Of a stretch of 64,000 nt of DNA, positions 38,601 to 52,700 are shown piece after piece. Origin of the DNA: Balanoglossus misakiensis (lineage: Eukaryota; Animalia; Hemichordata); the NCBI GenBank assembly GCA_040954595.2, contig CM082584.2, positions 544,281 to 608,280 on the forward strand. The letters are read 5' to 3'. Each line of letters begins with the position of its first letter. Position 1 is the first letter of the stretch. The translations under genes were made by a program, and so were the position numbers. The notes under the pieces were generated by a model. The model was not told where the DNA came from. It was given only the letters and a program-made list of their open reading frames with translations, and searched no databases.

Positions 38601-41600
38601 GTAAAAAGTGCTGCAAATTCCAGAAAATGTGGTGTAATTTGAATCACCCAAGGCAAAATTACCATTTTCGACTTGTTTTCGAAAAATTGTCTTTTTTACA
38701 AAATAAATAAGAATAAATTCTTTTCTTAGTTTCAAACGGGTAGAGATACTTTCCACACGGGTTTTCTAACATTGAATTCCCGTTTATCAACTCAGATTTC
38801 CTACAGCATAAGTCGGCTAAAACCCTGACACTCTAGAGCAGAAACAGTTGCACACTGATAACGTTGAACTAGTCGATTTTTCTACGGCCTGGCACGGCTA
38901 AATCTCGTCACAATATGACAGACACTAGCGTACGTTAGCAACGGTGATCAAGTCAGATTTTCAACGGCATGGGTTGGATAAAGCCCCGGCACTCTAGAGC
39001 AGAAACACGCGTACAGAGACCACGTTGATCAAGTCTGATCTCCTACGGCTTGGCTCGACTAAAACCCCGGCACACTATGACAGACACTAGCGTTCGTTAG
39101 CAACGTTGATCAAGTCAGATTTCCTACGGCATGGCTTTGCTAAAGCCCTGACACTCTAGAGCAGAAACACGCGTACAGAGACCACGTTGATCTACTCACA
39201 TTTCCTTCGGCCTGGCACGGCTGATGCCCCGGCACTATATATAGTACACAGACTGGCGTAAGTTAACAACGGTAATCACGTCGGGTTTCCTACGGCCTGG
39301 CTCAGCTGAAGCCCCGGCACTCTAGAGCAGAAACAGGCGTACATTGACCACGTTGATCAAGTCAGATTTCCTACGGCGTGACTCGGCTGGTGCACCGGCT
39401 CTATATGACACAGACTGGCGTAAGTTATCAACGGTGATTACGTCGGATTTCCTACGGCCTGGTTTAGCTGAAGCCCCGGCACTTTAGAGCGGAAACACGC
39501 GTACATTGACCACGATGATCAAGTCAGATCTCCTACGGCCTGGCTCGACTAAAACCCCGGCACACCATGACAGACACTAGCGTTCGTTAGCAACGGTGAT
39601 CAAGTCGGATTTCCTTCGGCCTGGCTCTGCAAAAGACCCGACACTCTAGTACAAAGACGTTGGCTAAGTCGGGCAAACCGAACAGGGAAAGTCACAGCGG
39701 GTCAACACTCGACATTTGTTCCGGTAGGACTGCTTTATTGCCTGTCAATTTATAGAGAAAGCCCGAATTTAACCAGGGCGTTTCAAACACCGACGTTAGT
39801 TGGGGGCACGGCCTGCAGTACTGCCGGGTAAGCTGACATCAGCGTACCGCATATAATGTAGGGGGGGGAACAGAACGGTTAAATACTACATTTATCAGAT
39901 ATCAGCTAATTTTGGACAATCATCTAAAATGTAAATCATCTTTTCATATTTGGATATCTGATGAAGTATGAAATTTCCAATATATGTAAAAATGGTGCTG
40001 ATTATAAAAAATGCACTCTGAATGAGCTGATTTAATACAAAATTGCGTTTTATTCGTTTTTGCACCAAAAGGTCATTTTTAGGCAAAACATTCTTTATTT
40101 TTTTAATTCGGTGACCTGATCATATATAAGCAATTGCTTGCATGTTAAAAGTTTTTATGACTTTTAAAAGCAGTGACACTGGCGGCATTCAACACGAAAA
40201 TAACAATTTTAACCACAATTTGGTCAAAATGGTAAATTTTTGAAAATTACAAAAAATACCTGTTTTCTACATTTTCGGAAATCTGATGGAGTATAGAATG
40301 CTCTTCGTATATATATATCGATACAAATTCCACAAAAGACCGTCTAATTTGGCTCACTGCAGACAAAATTGCGTTTTACCAAATTTTCCTTGAAAATGTC
40401 ATTTTTAGAAAAATAAAATAAAAAACCTTCGTTCTTCGAATTTGGTGCCCTGATCATATATGATATGTTGATTGTATGTTAAAACTTTCGACCACTCCAA
40501 AAATGCAGAGATATTGACGGAATTCAAGAAAAAATAGCCCATTTTGGCCATATTTTGACAAAATGGTACATTTTTAAAAAATCATAAAAAATAAACTCTT
40601 TTCTTCATTTTCGGAAATATTATGGAGCATGATGTGTCGTTCTTTTGTAAAAAGTGCTGCAAATTCCAGAAAATGTGGTATAATTTGAATCACCCAAGAC
40701 AAAATTACCATTTTCGACTTGTTTTCGAAAAATTGTCTTTTTTACAAAATAAATAAGAATAAATTCTTTTCTTAGTTTCAAACGGGTAGAGATACTTTCC
40801 ACACGGGTTTTCAAACATTGAATTCCCGTTTATCAACTCAGATTTCCTACAGCATAAGTCGGCTAAAACCCTGACACTCTAGAACAGAAACAGTTGCACA
40901 CTGATAACGTTGAACAAGTCGATTTTTCTACGGCCTGGCACGGCTAAATCTCGTCACAATATGACAGACACTAGCGTACGTTAGCAACGGTGATCAAGTC
41001 AGATTTTCAACGGCATGGGTTGGATAAAGCCCCGGCACTCTAGAGCAGAAACACGCGTACAGAGACCACGTTGATCAAGTCTGATCTCCTACGGCTTGGC
41101 TCGACTAAAACCCCGGCACACTATGACAGACACTAGCGTTCGTTAGCAACGTTGATCAAGTCAGATTTCCTACGGCATGGCTTTGCTAAAGCCCTGACAC
41201 TCTAGAGCAGAAACACGCGTACAGAGACCACGTTGATCTACTCGCATTTCCTTCGGCCTGGCACGGCTGATGCCCCGGCACTATATATAGGACACAGACT
41301 GGCGTAAGTTAACAACGGTAATCACGTCGGGTTTCCTACGGCCTGGCTCAGCTGAAGCCCCGGCACTCTAGAGCAGAAACAGGCGTACATTGACCACGTT
41401 GATCAAGTCAGATTTCCTACGGCGTGACTCGGCTGGTGCACCGGCTCTATATGACACAGACTGGCGTAAGTTATCAACGGTGATTACGTCGGATTTCCTA
41501 CGGCCTGGTTTAGCTGAAGCCCCGGCACTTTAGAGCGGAAACACGCGTACATTGACCACGATGATCAAGTCAGATCTCCTACGGCCTGGCTCGACTAAAA

Positions 41601-43767
41601 CCCCGGCACACCATGACAGACACTAGCGTTCGTTAGCAACGGTGATCAAGTCGGATTTCCTTCGGCCTGGCTCTGCAAAAGACCCGACACTCTAGTACAA
41701 AGACGTTGGCTAAGTCGGGCAAACCGAACAGGGAAAGTCACAGCGGGTCAACACTCGACATTTGTTCCGGTAGGACTGCTTTATTGCCTGTCAATTTATA
41801 GAGAAAGCCCGAATTTAACCAGGGCGTTTCAAACACCGACGTTAGTTGGGGGCACGGCCTGCAGTACTGCCGGGTAAGCTGACATCAGCGTACCGCATAT
41901 AATGTAGGGGGGGGGGGGGAACAGCACGGTTAAATACTACATTTATCAGATATCAGCTAATTTTGGACAATCATCTAAAATGTAAATTATCTTTTCATAT
42001 TTGGATATCTGATGATGTATGAAATTTCCAATATATGTAAAAATGGTGCTGATTATAAAAAATGCACTCTGAATGAGCTGATTTAATACAAAATTGCGTT
42101 TTATTCGTTTTTGCACCAAAAAGGTCATTTTTAGGCAAAACATTCTTTATTTTTTAATTCGGTGACCTGATCATATATAAGCAATTGCTTGTATGTTAAA
42201 AGTTTTTATGACTTTTAAAAGCAGTGACACTGGCGGCATTCAACACGAAAATAACAATTTTAACCACAATTTGGTCAAAATGGTAAATTTTTGAAAATTA
42301 CAAAAAATACCTGTTTTCTACATTTTCGGAAATCTGATGGAGTATAGAATGCTCTTCGTATATATATATCGATACAAATTCCACAAAAGACCGTCTAATT
42401 TGGCTCACTGCAGACAAAATTGCGTTTTACCAAATTTTCCTTGAAAATGTCATTTTTAGAAAAAATAAAATAAAAAAACCTTCGTTCTTCGAATTTGGTG
42501 CCCTGATCATATATGATATGTTGATTGTATGTTAAAACTTTCGACCACTCCAAAAATGCAGAGATATTGACGGAATTCAAGAAAAAATAGCCATTTTGGC
42601 CATATTTTGACAAAATGGTACATTTTTAAAAAATCATAAAAAATAAACTCTTTTCTTGATTTTCGGAAATATTATGGAGCATGAAGTGTCGTTCTCTTGT
42701 AAAAAGTGCTGCAAATTCCAGAAAATGTGGTATAATTTGAATCACCCAAGACAAAATTACCATTTTCGACATGTTTTCGAAAAATTGTCTTTTTTACAAA
42801 ATAAATAAGAATAAATTCTTTTCTTAGTTTCAAACGGGTAGGGATACTTTCCACACGGGTTTTCTAACATTGAATTCCCGTTCATCAACTCAGATTTCCT
42901 ACAGCATAAGTCGGCTAAAACCCTGACACTCTAGAGCAGAAACAGTTGCACACTGGTAACGTTGAACAAGTCGATTTTTCTACGACCTGGCTCGGCTAAA
43001 TCTCCGTCACAATATGACAGACACTAGCGTACGTTAGCAACGGTGATCAAGTCAGATTTTCTACGGCATGGCTTGGATAAAGCCCCGGCACTCTAGAGCA
43101 AAAACACGCGTACAGAGACCACGTTGATCAAGTCTGATCTCCTACGGCTTGGCTCGACTAAAAACCCCGGCACACTATGACAGACACTAGCGTTCGTTAG
43201 CAACGTTGATCAAGTCAGATTTCCTACGGCATGGCTTTGCTAAAGCCCTGACACTCTAGAGCAGAAACACGCGTACAGAGACCACGTTGATCTACTCACA
43301 TTTCCTTCGGCCTGGCACGGCTGATGCCCCGGCACTATATATAGGACACAGACTGGCGTAAGTTAACAACGGTAATCACGTCGGGTTTCCTACGGCCTGG
43401 CTCAGCTGAAGCCCCGGCACTCTAGAGCAGAAACAGGCGTACATTGACCACGTTGATCAAGGCAGATTTCCTACGGCGTGACTCGGCTGGTGCACCGGCT
43501 CTATATGACACAGACTGGCGTAAGTTATCAACGGTGATTACGTCGGATTTCCTACGGCCTGGTTTAGCTGAAGCCCCGGCACTTTAGAGCGGAAACACGC
43601 GTACATTGACCACGATGATCAAGTCAGATCTCCTACGGCCTGGCTCGACTAAAACCCCGGCACACCATGACAGACACTAGCGTTCGTTAGCAACGGTGAT
43701 CAAGTCGGATTTTCCTTCGGCCTGGCTCTGCAAAAGACCCGACACTCTAGTACAAAGACGTTGGCTA
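29610..43767 (-). repeat. Compound tandem repeat, segment 5 (~7 homogeneous units, inverted; left arm of large palindrome)
   Basis: Landmarks at 30717, 32770, 34820, 36705, 38756, ~40800, 42854 (periods ~2050; one 1885). Confidence 0.96.
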
Positions 43768-46700
43768 TTTTTTCTTGAATTCCGTCAATATCTCTGCATT
43801 TTTGGAGTGGTCGAAAGTTTTAACATACAATCAACATATCATATATGATCAGGGCACCAAATTCGAAGAACGAAGGTTTTTTTTATTTTATTTTTCTAAA
43901 AATGACATTTTCAAGGAAAATTTGGTAAACGCAATTTTGTCTGCAGTGAGCCAAAATTAGACGGTCTTTTGTGGAATTTGTATCGATATATATATACGAA
44001 GAGCATTCTATACTCCATCAGATTTCCGAAAATGTAGAAAACAGGTATTTTTTGTAATTTTCAAAAATTTACCATTTTGACCAAATTGTGGTTAAAATTG
44101 TTATTTTCGTGTTGAATGCCGCCAGTGTCACTGCTTTTAAAAGTCATAAAAACTTTTAACATGCAAGCAATTGCTTATATATGATCAGGTCACCGAATTA
44201 AAAAAATAAAGAATGTTTTGCCCTAAAAATGACCTTTTTGGTGCAAAAACGAAAAAACGCAATTTTGTATTAAATCAGCTCATTCAGAGTGCATTTTTTA
44301 TAATCAGCACCATTTTTACATATATTGGAAATTTCATACATCATCAGATATCCAAATATGAAAAGATGATTTACATTTTAGATGATTGTCCAAAATTAGC
44401 TGATATCTGATAAATGTAGTATTTAACCGTTCTGTTCCCCCCCCCCCCTACATTATATGCGGTACGCTGATGTCAGCTTACCCGGCAGTACTGGCAGGCC
44501 GTGCCCCCAACTAACGTCGGTGTTTGAACGCCCTGGTTAAATTCGGGCTTTCTCTATAAATTGACAGGCAATAAAGCAGTCCTACCGGAACAAATGTCGA
44601 GTGTTGACCCGCTGTGACTTTCCCTGTTCGGTTTGCCCGACTTAGCCAACGTCCCTTTGTACTAGAGTGTCGGGTCTTTTGCAGAGCCAGGCCGAAGGAA
44701 ATCCGACTTGATCACCGTTGCTAACGAACGCTAGTGTCTGTCATGGTGTGCCGGGGTTTTAGTCGAGCCAGGCCGTAGGAGATCTGACTTGATCATCGTG
44801 GTCAATGTACGCGTGTTTCCGCTCTAAAGTGCCGGGGCTTCAGCTAAACCAGGCCGTAGGAAATCCGACGTAATCACCGTTGATAACTTACGCCAGTCTG
44901 TGTCATATAGAGCCGGTGCACCAGCCGAGTCACGCCGTAGGAAATCTGACTTGATCAACGTGGTCAATGTACGCCTGTTTCTGCTCTAGAGTGCCGGGGC
45001 TTCAGCTGAGCCAGGCCGTAGGAAACCCGACGTGATTACCGTTGTTTAACTTACGCCAGTCTGTGTCCTATATATAGTGCTGGGGCATCAGCCGTGCCAG
45101 GCCGAAGGAAATGTGAGTAGATCAACGTGGTCTCTGTACGCGTGTTTCTGCTCTAGAGTGTCAGGGCTTTAGCAAAGCCATGCGTAGGAAATCTGACTTG
45201 ATCAACGTTGCTAACGAACGCTAGTGTCTGTCATAGTGTGCCGGGGTTTTAGTCGAGCCAAGCCGTAGGAGATCAGACTTGATCAACGTGGTCTCTGTAC
45301 GCGTGTTTCTGCTCTAGAGTGCCGGGGCTTTATCCAACCCATGCCGTTGAAAATCTGACTTGATCACCGTTGCTAACGTACGCTAGTGTCTGTCATATTG
45401 TGACGAGATTTAGCCGTGCCAGGCCGTAGAAAAATCGACTTGTTCAACGTTATCAGTGTGCAACTGTTTCTGCTCTAGAGTGTCAGGGTTTAGCCGACTT
45501 ATGCTGTAGGAAATCTGAGTTGATAAACGGGAATTCAATGTAGAAAACCCGTGTGGAAAGTATCTCTACCCGTTTGAAACTAAGAAAAGAATTTATTCTT
45601 ATTTATTTTGTAAAAAGACAATTTTTCGAAACAAGTCGAAAATGGTAATTTTGTCTTGGGTGATTCAAAATTATACCACATTTTCTGGAATTTGCAGCAC
45701 TTTTTACAAAAGAACGACACATCATGCTCCATAATATTTCCGAAAATGAAGAAAAAGAGTTTATTTTTTATGATTTTTTTAAAAATGTACCATTTTGTCA
45801 AAATATGGCCAAAATGGCTATTTTTTCTTGAATTCCGTCAATATCTCTGCATTTTTGGAGTGGTCGAAAGTTTTAACATACAATCAACATATCATATATG
45901 ATCAGGGCACCAAATTCGAAGAACGAAGGTTTTTTTATTTTATATTTTCTAAAAATGACATTTTCAAGGAAAATTTTGGTAAAACGCAATTTTGTCTGCA
46001 GTGAGCCAAATTAGACGGTCCTTTTGTGGAATTTGTATCGATATATATATACGAAGAGCATTCTATACTCCATCAGATTTCCGAAAATGTAGAAAACAGG
46101 TATTTTTTGTAATTTTCAAAAATTTACCATTTTGACCAAATTGTGGTTAAAATTGTTATTTTCGTGTTGAATGCCGCCAGTGTCACTGCTTTTAAAAGTC
46201 ATAAAAACTTTTAACATGCAAGCAATTGCTTATATATGATCAGGTCACCGAATTAAAAAAATAAAGAATGTTTTGCCTAAAAATGACCTTTTTGGTGCAA
46301 AAACGAATAAAACGCATTTTGTATTAAATCAGCTCATTCAGAGTGCATTTTTATAATCAGCACCATTTTTACATATATTTGGAAATTTCATACTTCATCA
46401 GATATCCAAATATGAAAAGATGATTTACATTTTAGATGATTGTCCAAAATTAGCTGATATCTGATAAATGTAGTATTTAACCGTTCTGTTCCCCCCCCCC
46501 CCCTACATTATATGCGGTACGCTGATGTCAGCTTACCCGGCAGTACTGCAGGCCGTGCCCCCAACTAACGTCGGTGTTTGAAACGCCCTGGTTAAATTCG
46601 GGCTTTCTCTATAAATTGACAGGCAATAAAGCAGTCCTACCGGAACAAATGTCGAGTGTTGACCCGCTGTGACTTTCCCTGTTCGGTTTGCCCGACTTAG

Positions 46701-49700
46701 CCAACGTCTTTGTACTAGAGTGTCGGGTCTTTTGCAGAGCCAGGCCGAAGGAAATCCGACTTGATCACCGTTGCTAACGAACGCTAGTGTCTGTCATGGT
46801 GTGCCGGGGTTTTAATCGAGCCAGGCCGTAGGAGATCTGACTTGATCATCGTGGTCAATGTACGCGTGTTTCCGCTCTAAAGTGCCGGGGCTTCAGCTAA
46901 ACCAGGCCGTAGGAAATCCGACGTAATCACCGTTGATAACTTACGCCAGTCTGTGTCATATAGAGCCGGTGCACCAGCCGAGTCACGCCGTAGGAAATCT
47001 GACTTGATCAACGTGGTCAATGTACGCCTGTTTCTGCTCTAGAGTGCCGGGGCTTCAGCTGAGCCAGGCCGTAGGGAACCCGACGTGATTACCGTTGTTA
47101 ACTTACGCCAGTCTGTGTCCTATATATAGTGCCGGGGCATCAGCCGTGCCAGGCCGAAGGAAATGTGAGTAGATCAACGTGGTCTCTGTACGCGTGTTTC
47201 TGCTCTAGAGTGTCAGGGCTTTAGCAAAGCCATGCCGTAGGAAATCTGACTTGATCAACGTTGCTAACGAACGCTAGTGTCTGTCATAGTGTGCCGGGGT
47301 TTTAGTCGAGCCAAGCCGTAGGAGATCAGACTTGATCAACGTGGTCTCTGTACGCGTGTTTCTGCTCTAGAGTGCCGGGGCTTTATCCAACCCATGCCGT
47401 TGAAAATCTGACTTGCTCACCGTTGCTAACGTACGCTAGTGTCTGTCATATTGTGACGAGATTTAGCCGTGCCAGGCCGTAGAAAAATCGACTTGTTCAA
47501 CGTTATCAGTGTGCAACTGTTTCTGCTCTAGAGTGTCAGGGTTTTAGCCGACTTATGCTGTAGGAAATCTGAGTTGATAAACGGGAATTCAATGTTAGAA
47601 AACCCGTGTGGAAAGTATCTCTACCCGTTTGAAACTAAGAAAAGAATTTATTCTTATTTATTTTGTAAAAAAGACAATTTTTCGAAAACAAGTCGAAAAT
47701 GGTAATTTTGTCTTGGGTGATTCAAATTATACCACATTTTCTGGAATTTGCAGCAGTTTTTACAAAAGAACGACACATCATGCTCCATAATATTTCCGAA
47801 AATGAAGAAAAGAGTTTATTTTTTATGATTTTTTAAAAATGTACCATTTTGTCAAAATATGGCCAAAATGGCTATTTTTTCTTGAATTCCGTCAATATCT
47901 CTGCATTTTTGGAGTGGTCGAAAGTTTTAACATACAATCAACATATCATATATGATCAGGGCACCAAATTCGAAGAACGAAGGTTTTTTTATTTTATTTT
48001 TCTAAAAATGACATTTTCAAGGAAAATTTGGTAAAACGCAATTTTGTCTGCAGTGAGCCAAATTAGACGGTCTTTTGTGGAATTTGTATCGATATATATA
48101 TACGAAGAGCATTCTATACTCCATCAGATTTCCGAAAATGTAGAAAACAGGTATTTTTTGTAATTTTCAAAAATTTACCATTTTGACCAAATTGTGGTTA
48201 AAATTGTTATTTTCGTGTTGAATGCCGCCAGTGTCACTGCTTTTAAAAGTCATAAAAACTTTTAACATGCAAGCAATTGCTTATATATGATCAGGTCACC
48301 GAATTAAAAAAATAAAGAATGTTTTGCCTAAAAATGACCTTTTTGGTGCAAAAACGAATAAAACGCAATTTTGTATTAAATCAGCTCATTCAGAGTGCAT
48401 TTTTTATAATCAGCACCATTTTTACATATATTGGAAATTTCATACTTCATCAGATATCCAAATATGAAAAGATGATTTACATTTTAGATGATTGTCCAAA
48501 ATTAGCTGATATCTGATAAATGTAGTATTTAACCGTTCTGTTCCCCCCCCCCTACATTATATGCGGTACGCTGATGTCAGCTTACCCGGCAGTACTGCAG
48601 GCCGTGCCCCCAACTAACGTCGGTGTTTGAAACGCCCTGGTTAAATTCGGGCTTTCTCTATAAATTGACAGGCAATAAAGCAGTCCTACCGGAACAAATG
48701 TCGAGTGTTGACCCGCTGTGACTTTCCCTGTTCGGTTTGCCCGACTTAGCCAACGTCTTTGTACTAGAGTGTCGGGTCTTTTGCAGAGCCAGGCCGAAGG
48801 AAATCCGACTTGATCACCGTTGCTAACGAACGCTAGTGTCTGTCATGGTGTGCCGGGGTTTTAATCGAGCCAGGCCGTAGGAGATCTGACTTGATCATCG
48901 TGGTCAATGTACGCGTGTTTCCGCTCTAAAGTGCCGGGGCTTCAGCTAAACCAGGCCGTAGGAAATCCGACGTAATCACCGTTGATAACTTACGCCAGTC
49001 TGTGTCATATAGAGCCGGTGCACCAGCCGAGTCACGCCGTAGGAAATCTGACTTGATCAACGTGGTCAATGTACGCCTGTTTCTGCTCTAGAGTGCCGGG
49101 GCTTCAGCTGAGCCAGGCCGTAGGGAACCCGACGTGATTACCGTTGTTAACTTACGCCAGTCTGTGTCCTATATATAGTGCCGGGGCATCAGCCGTGCCA
49201 GGCCGAAGGAAATGTGAGTAGATCAACGTGGTCTCTGTACGCGTGTTTCTGCTCTAGAGTGTCAGGGCTTTAGCAAAGCCATGCCGTAGGAAATCTGACT
49301 TGATCAACGTTGCTAACGAACGCTAGTGTCTGTCATAGTGTGCCGGGGTTTTAGTCGAGCCAAGCCGTAGGAGATCAGACTTGATCAACGTGGTCTCTGT
49401 ACGCGTGTTTCTGCTCTAGAGTGCCGGGGCTTTATCCAACCCATGCCGTTGAAAATCTGACTTGCTCACCGTTGCTAACGTACGCTAGTGTCTGTCATAT
49501 TGTGACGAGATTTAGCCGTGCCAGGCCGTAGAAAAATCGACTTGTTCAACGTTATCAGTGTGCAACTGTTTCTGCTCTAGAGTGTCAGGGTTTTAGCCGA
49601 CTTATGCTGTAGGAAATCTGAGTTGATAAACGGGAATTCAATGTTAGAAAACCCGTGTGGAAAGTATCTCTACCCGTTTGAAACTAAGAAAAGAATTTAT

Positions 49701-52700
49701 TCTTATTTATTTTGTAAAAAAGACAATTTTTCGAAAACAAGTCGAAAATGGTAATTTTGTCTTGGGTGATTCAAATTATACCACATTTTCTGGAATTTGC
49801 AGCACTTTTTACAAGAGAACGACACTTCATGCTCCATAATATTTCCGAAAATCAAGAAAAGAGTTTATTTTTTATGATTTTTTAAAAATGTACCATTTTG
49901 TCAAAATATGGCCAAAATGGCTATTTTTTCTTGAATTCCGTCAATATCTCTGCATTTTTGGAGTGGTCGAAAGTTTTAACATACAATCAACATATCATAT
50001 ATGATCAGGGCACCAAATTCGAAGAACGAAGGTTTTTTTATTTTATTTTTCTAAAAATGACATTTTCAAGGAAAATTTGGTAAAACGCAATTTTGTCTGC
50101 AGAGAGCCAAATTAGACGGTCTTTTGTGGAATTTGTATCGATATATATATACGAAGAGCATTCTATACTCCATCAGATTTCCGAAAATGTAGAAAACAGG
50201 TATTTTTTGTAATTTTCAAAAATTTACCATTTTGACCAAATTGTGGTTAAAATTGTTATTTTCGTGTTGAATGCCGCCAGTGTCACTGCTTTTAAAAGTC
50301 ATAAAAACTTTTAACATGCAAGCAATTGCTTATATATGATCAGGTCACCGAATTAAAAAAATAAAGAATGTTTTGCCTAAAAATGACCTTTTTGGTGCAA
50401 AAACGAATAAAACGCAATTTTGTATTAAATCAGCTCATTCAGAGTGCATTTTTTTATAATCAGCACCATTTTTACATATATTGGAAATTTCATACATCAT
50501 CAGATATCCAAATATGAAAAGATGATTTACATTTTAGATGATTGTCCAAAATTAGCTGATATCTGATAAATGTAGTATTTAACCGTTCTGTTCCCCCCCC
50601 CCCCTACATTATATGCGGTACGCTGATGTCAGCTTACCCGGCAGTACTGCAGGCCGTGCCCCCAACTAACGTCGGTGTTTGAAACGCCCTGGTTAAATTC
50701 GGGCTTTCTCTATAAATTGACAGGCAATAAAGCAGTCCTACCGGAACAAATGTCGAGTGTTGACCCGCTGTGACTTTCCCTGTTCGGTTTGCCCGACTTA
50801 GCCAACGTCTTTGTACTAGAGTGTCGGGTCTTTTGCAGAGCCAGGCCGAAGGAAATCCGACTTGATCACCGTTGCTAACGAACGCTAGTGTCTGTCATGG
50901 TGTGCCGGGGTTTTAGTCGAGCCAGGCCGTAGGAGATCTGACTTGATCATCGTGGTCAATGTACGCGTGTTTCCGCTCTAAAGTGCCGGGGCTTCAGCTA
51001 AACCAGGCCGTAGGAAATCCGACGTAATCACCGTTGATAACTTACGCCAGTCTGTGTCATATAGAGCCGGTGCACCAGCCGAGTCACGCCGTAGGAAATC
51101 TGACTTGATCAACGTGGTCAATGTACGCCTGTTTCTGCTCTAGAGTGCCGGGGCTTCAGCTGAGCCATGCCGTAGGAAATCTGACTTGATCAACGTTGCT
51201 AACGAACGCTAGTGTCTGTCATAGTGTGCCGGGGTTTTAGTCGAGCCAAGCCGTAGGAGATCAGACTTGATCAACGTGGTCTCTGTACGCGTGTTTCTGC
51301 TCTAGAGTGCCGGGGCTTTATCCAACCCATGCCGTTGAAAATCTGACTTGATCACCGTTGCTAACGTACGCTAGTGTCTGTCATATTGTGACGAGATTTA
51401 GCCGTGCCAGGCCGTAGAAAAATCGACTTGTTCAACGTTATCAGTGTGCAACTGTTTCTGCTCTAGAGTGTCAGGGTTTTAGCCGACTTATGCTGTAGGA
51501 AATCTGAGTTGATAAACGGGAATTCAATGTTAGAAAACCCGTGTGGAAAGTATCTCTACCCGTTTGAAACTAAGAAAAGAATTTATTCTTATTTATTTTG
51601 TAAAAAAGACAATTTTTCGAAAACAAGTCGAAAATGGTAATTTTGTCTTGGGTGATTCAAATTATACCACATTTTCTGGAATTTGCAGCACTTTTTACAA
51701 AAGAACGACACATCATGCTCCATAATATTTCCGAAAATGAAGAAAAGAGTTTATTTTTTATGATTTTTTAAAAATGTACCATTTTGTCAAAATATGGCCA
51801 AAATGGCTATTTTTTCTTGAATTCCGTCAATATCTCTGCATTTTTGGAGTGGTCGAAAGTTTTAACATACAATCAACATATCATATATGATCAGGGCACC
51901 AAATTCGAAGAACGAAGGTTTTTTTATTTTATTTTTCTAAAAATGACATTTTCAAGGAAAATTTGGTAAAACGCAATTTTGTCTGCAGTGAGCCAAATTA
52001 GACGGTCTTTTGTGGAATTTGTATCGATATATATATACGAAGAGCATTCTATACTCCATCAGATTTCCGAAAATGTAGAAAACAGGTATTTTTTGTAATT
52101 TTCAAAAATTTACCATTTTGACCAAATTGTGGTTAAAATTGTTATTTTCGTGTTGAATGCCGCCAGTGTCACTGCTTTTAAAAGTCATAAAAACTTTTAA
52201 CATGCAAGCAATTGCTTATATATGATCAGGTCACCGAATTAAAAAAATAAAGAATGTTTTGCCTAAAAATGACCTTTTTGGTGCAAAAACGAATAAAACG
52301 CAATTTTGTATTAAATCAGCTCATTCAGAGTGCATTTTTTATAATCAGCACCATTTTTACATATATTGGAAATTTCATACATCATCAGATATCCAAATAT
52401 GAAAAGATGATTTACATTTTAGATGATTGTCCAAAATTAGCTGATATCTGATAAATGTAGTATTTAACCGTTCTGTTCCCCCCCCCCCTACATTATATGC
52501 GGTACGCTGATGTCAGCTTACCCGGCAGTACTGCAGGCCGTGCCCCCAACTAACGTCGGTGTTTGAAACGCCCTGGTTAAATTCGGGCTTTCTCTATAAA
52601 TTGACAGGCAATAAAGCAGTCCTACCGGAACAAATGTCGAGTGTTGACCCGCTGTGACTTTCCCTGTTCGGTTTGCCCGACTTAGCCAACGTCTTTGTAC

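Noticed and set aside
44470-44500. U1 snRNA-like 5' end (cttacccggcag) in the linker
   Set aside because: Similarity stops after ~12 nt; no U1 stem-loops or Sm site on that strand
48525-48650. atttaacc...ggttaaat inverted 8-mer around the linker as TTAA-type transposon ends
   Set aside because: Too short, and older units read attgaacc, so the symmetry is not ancestral
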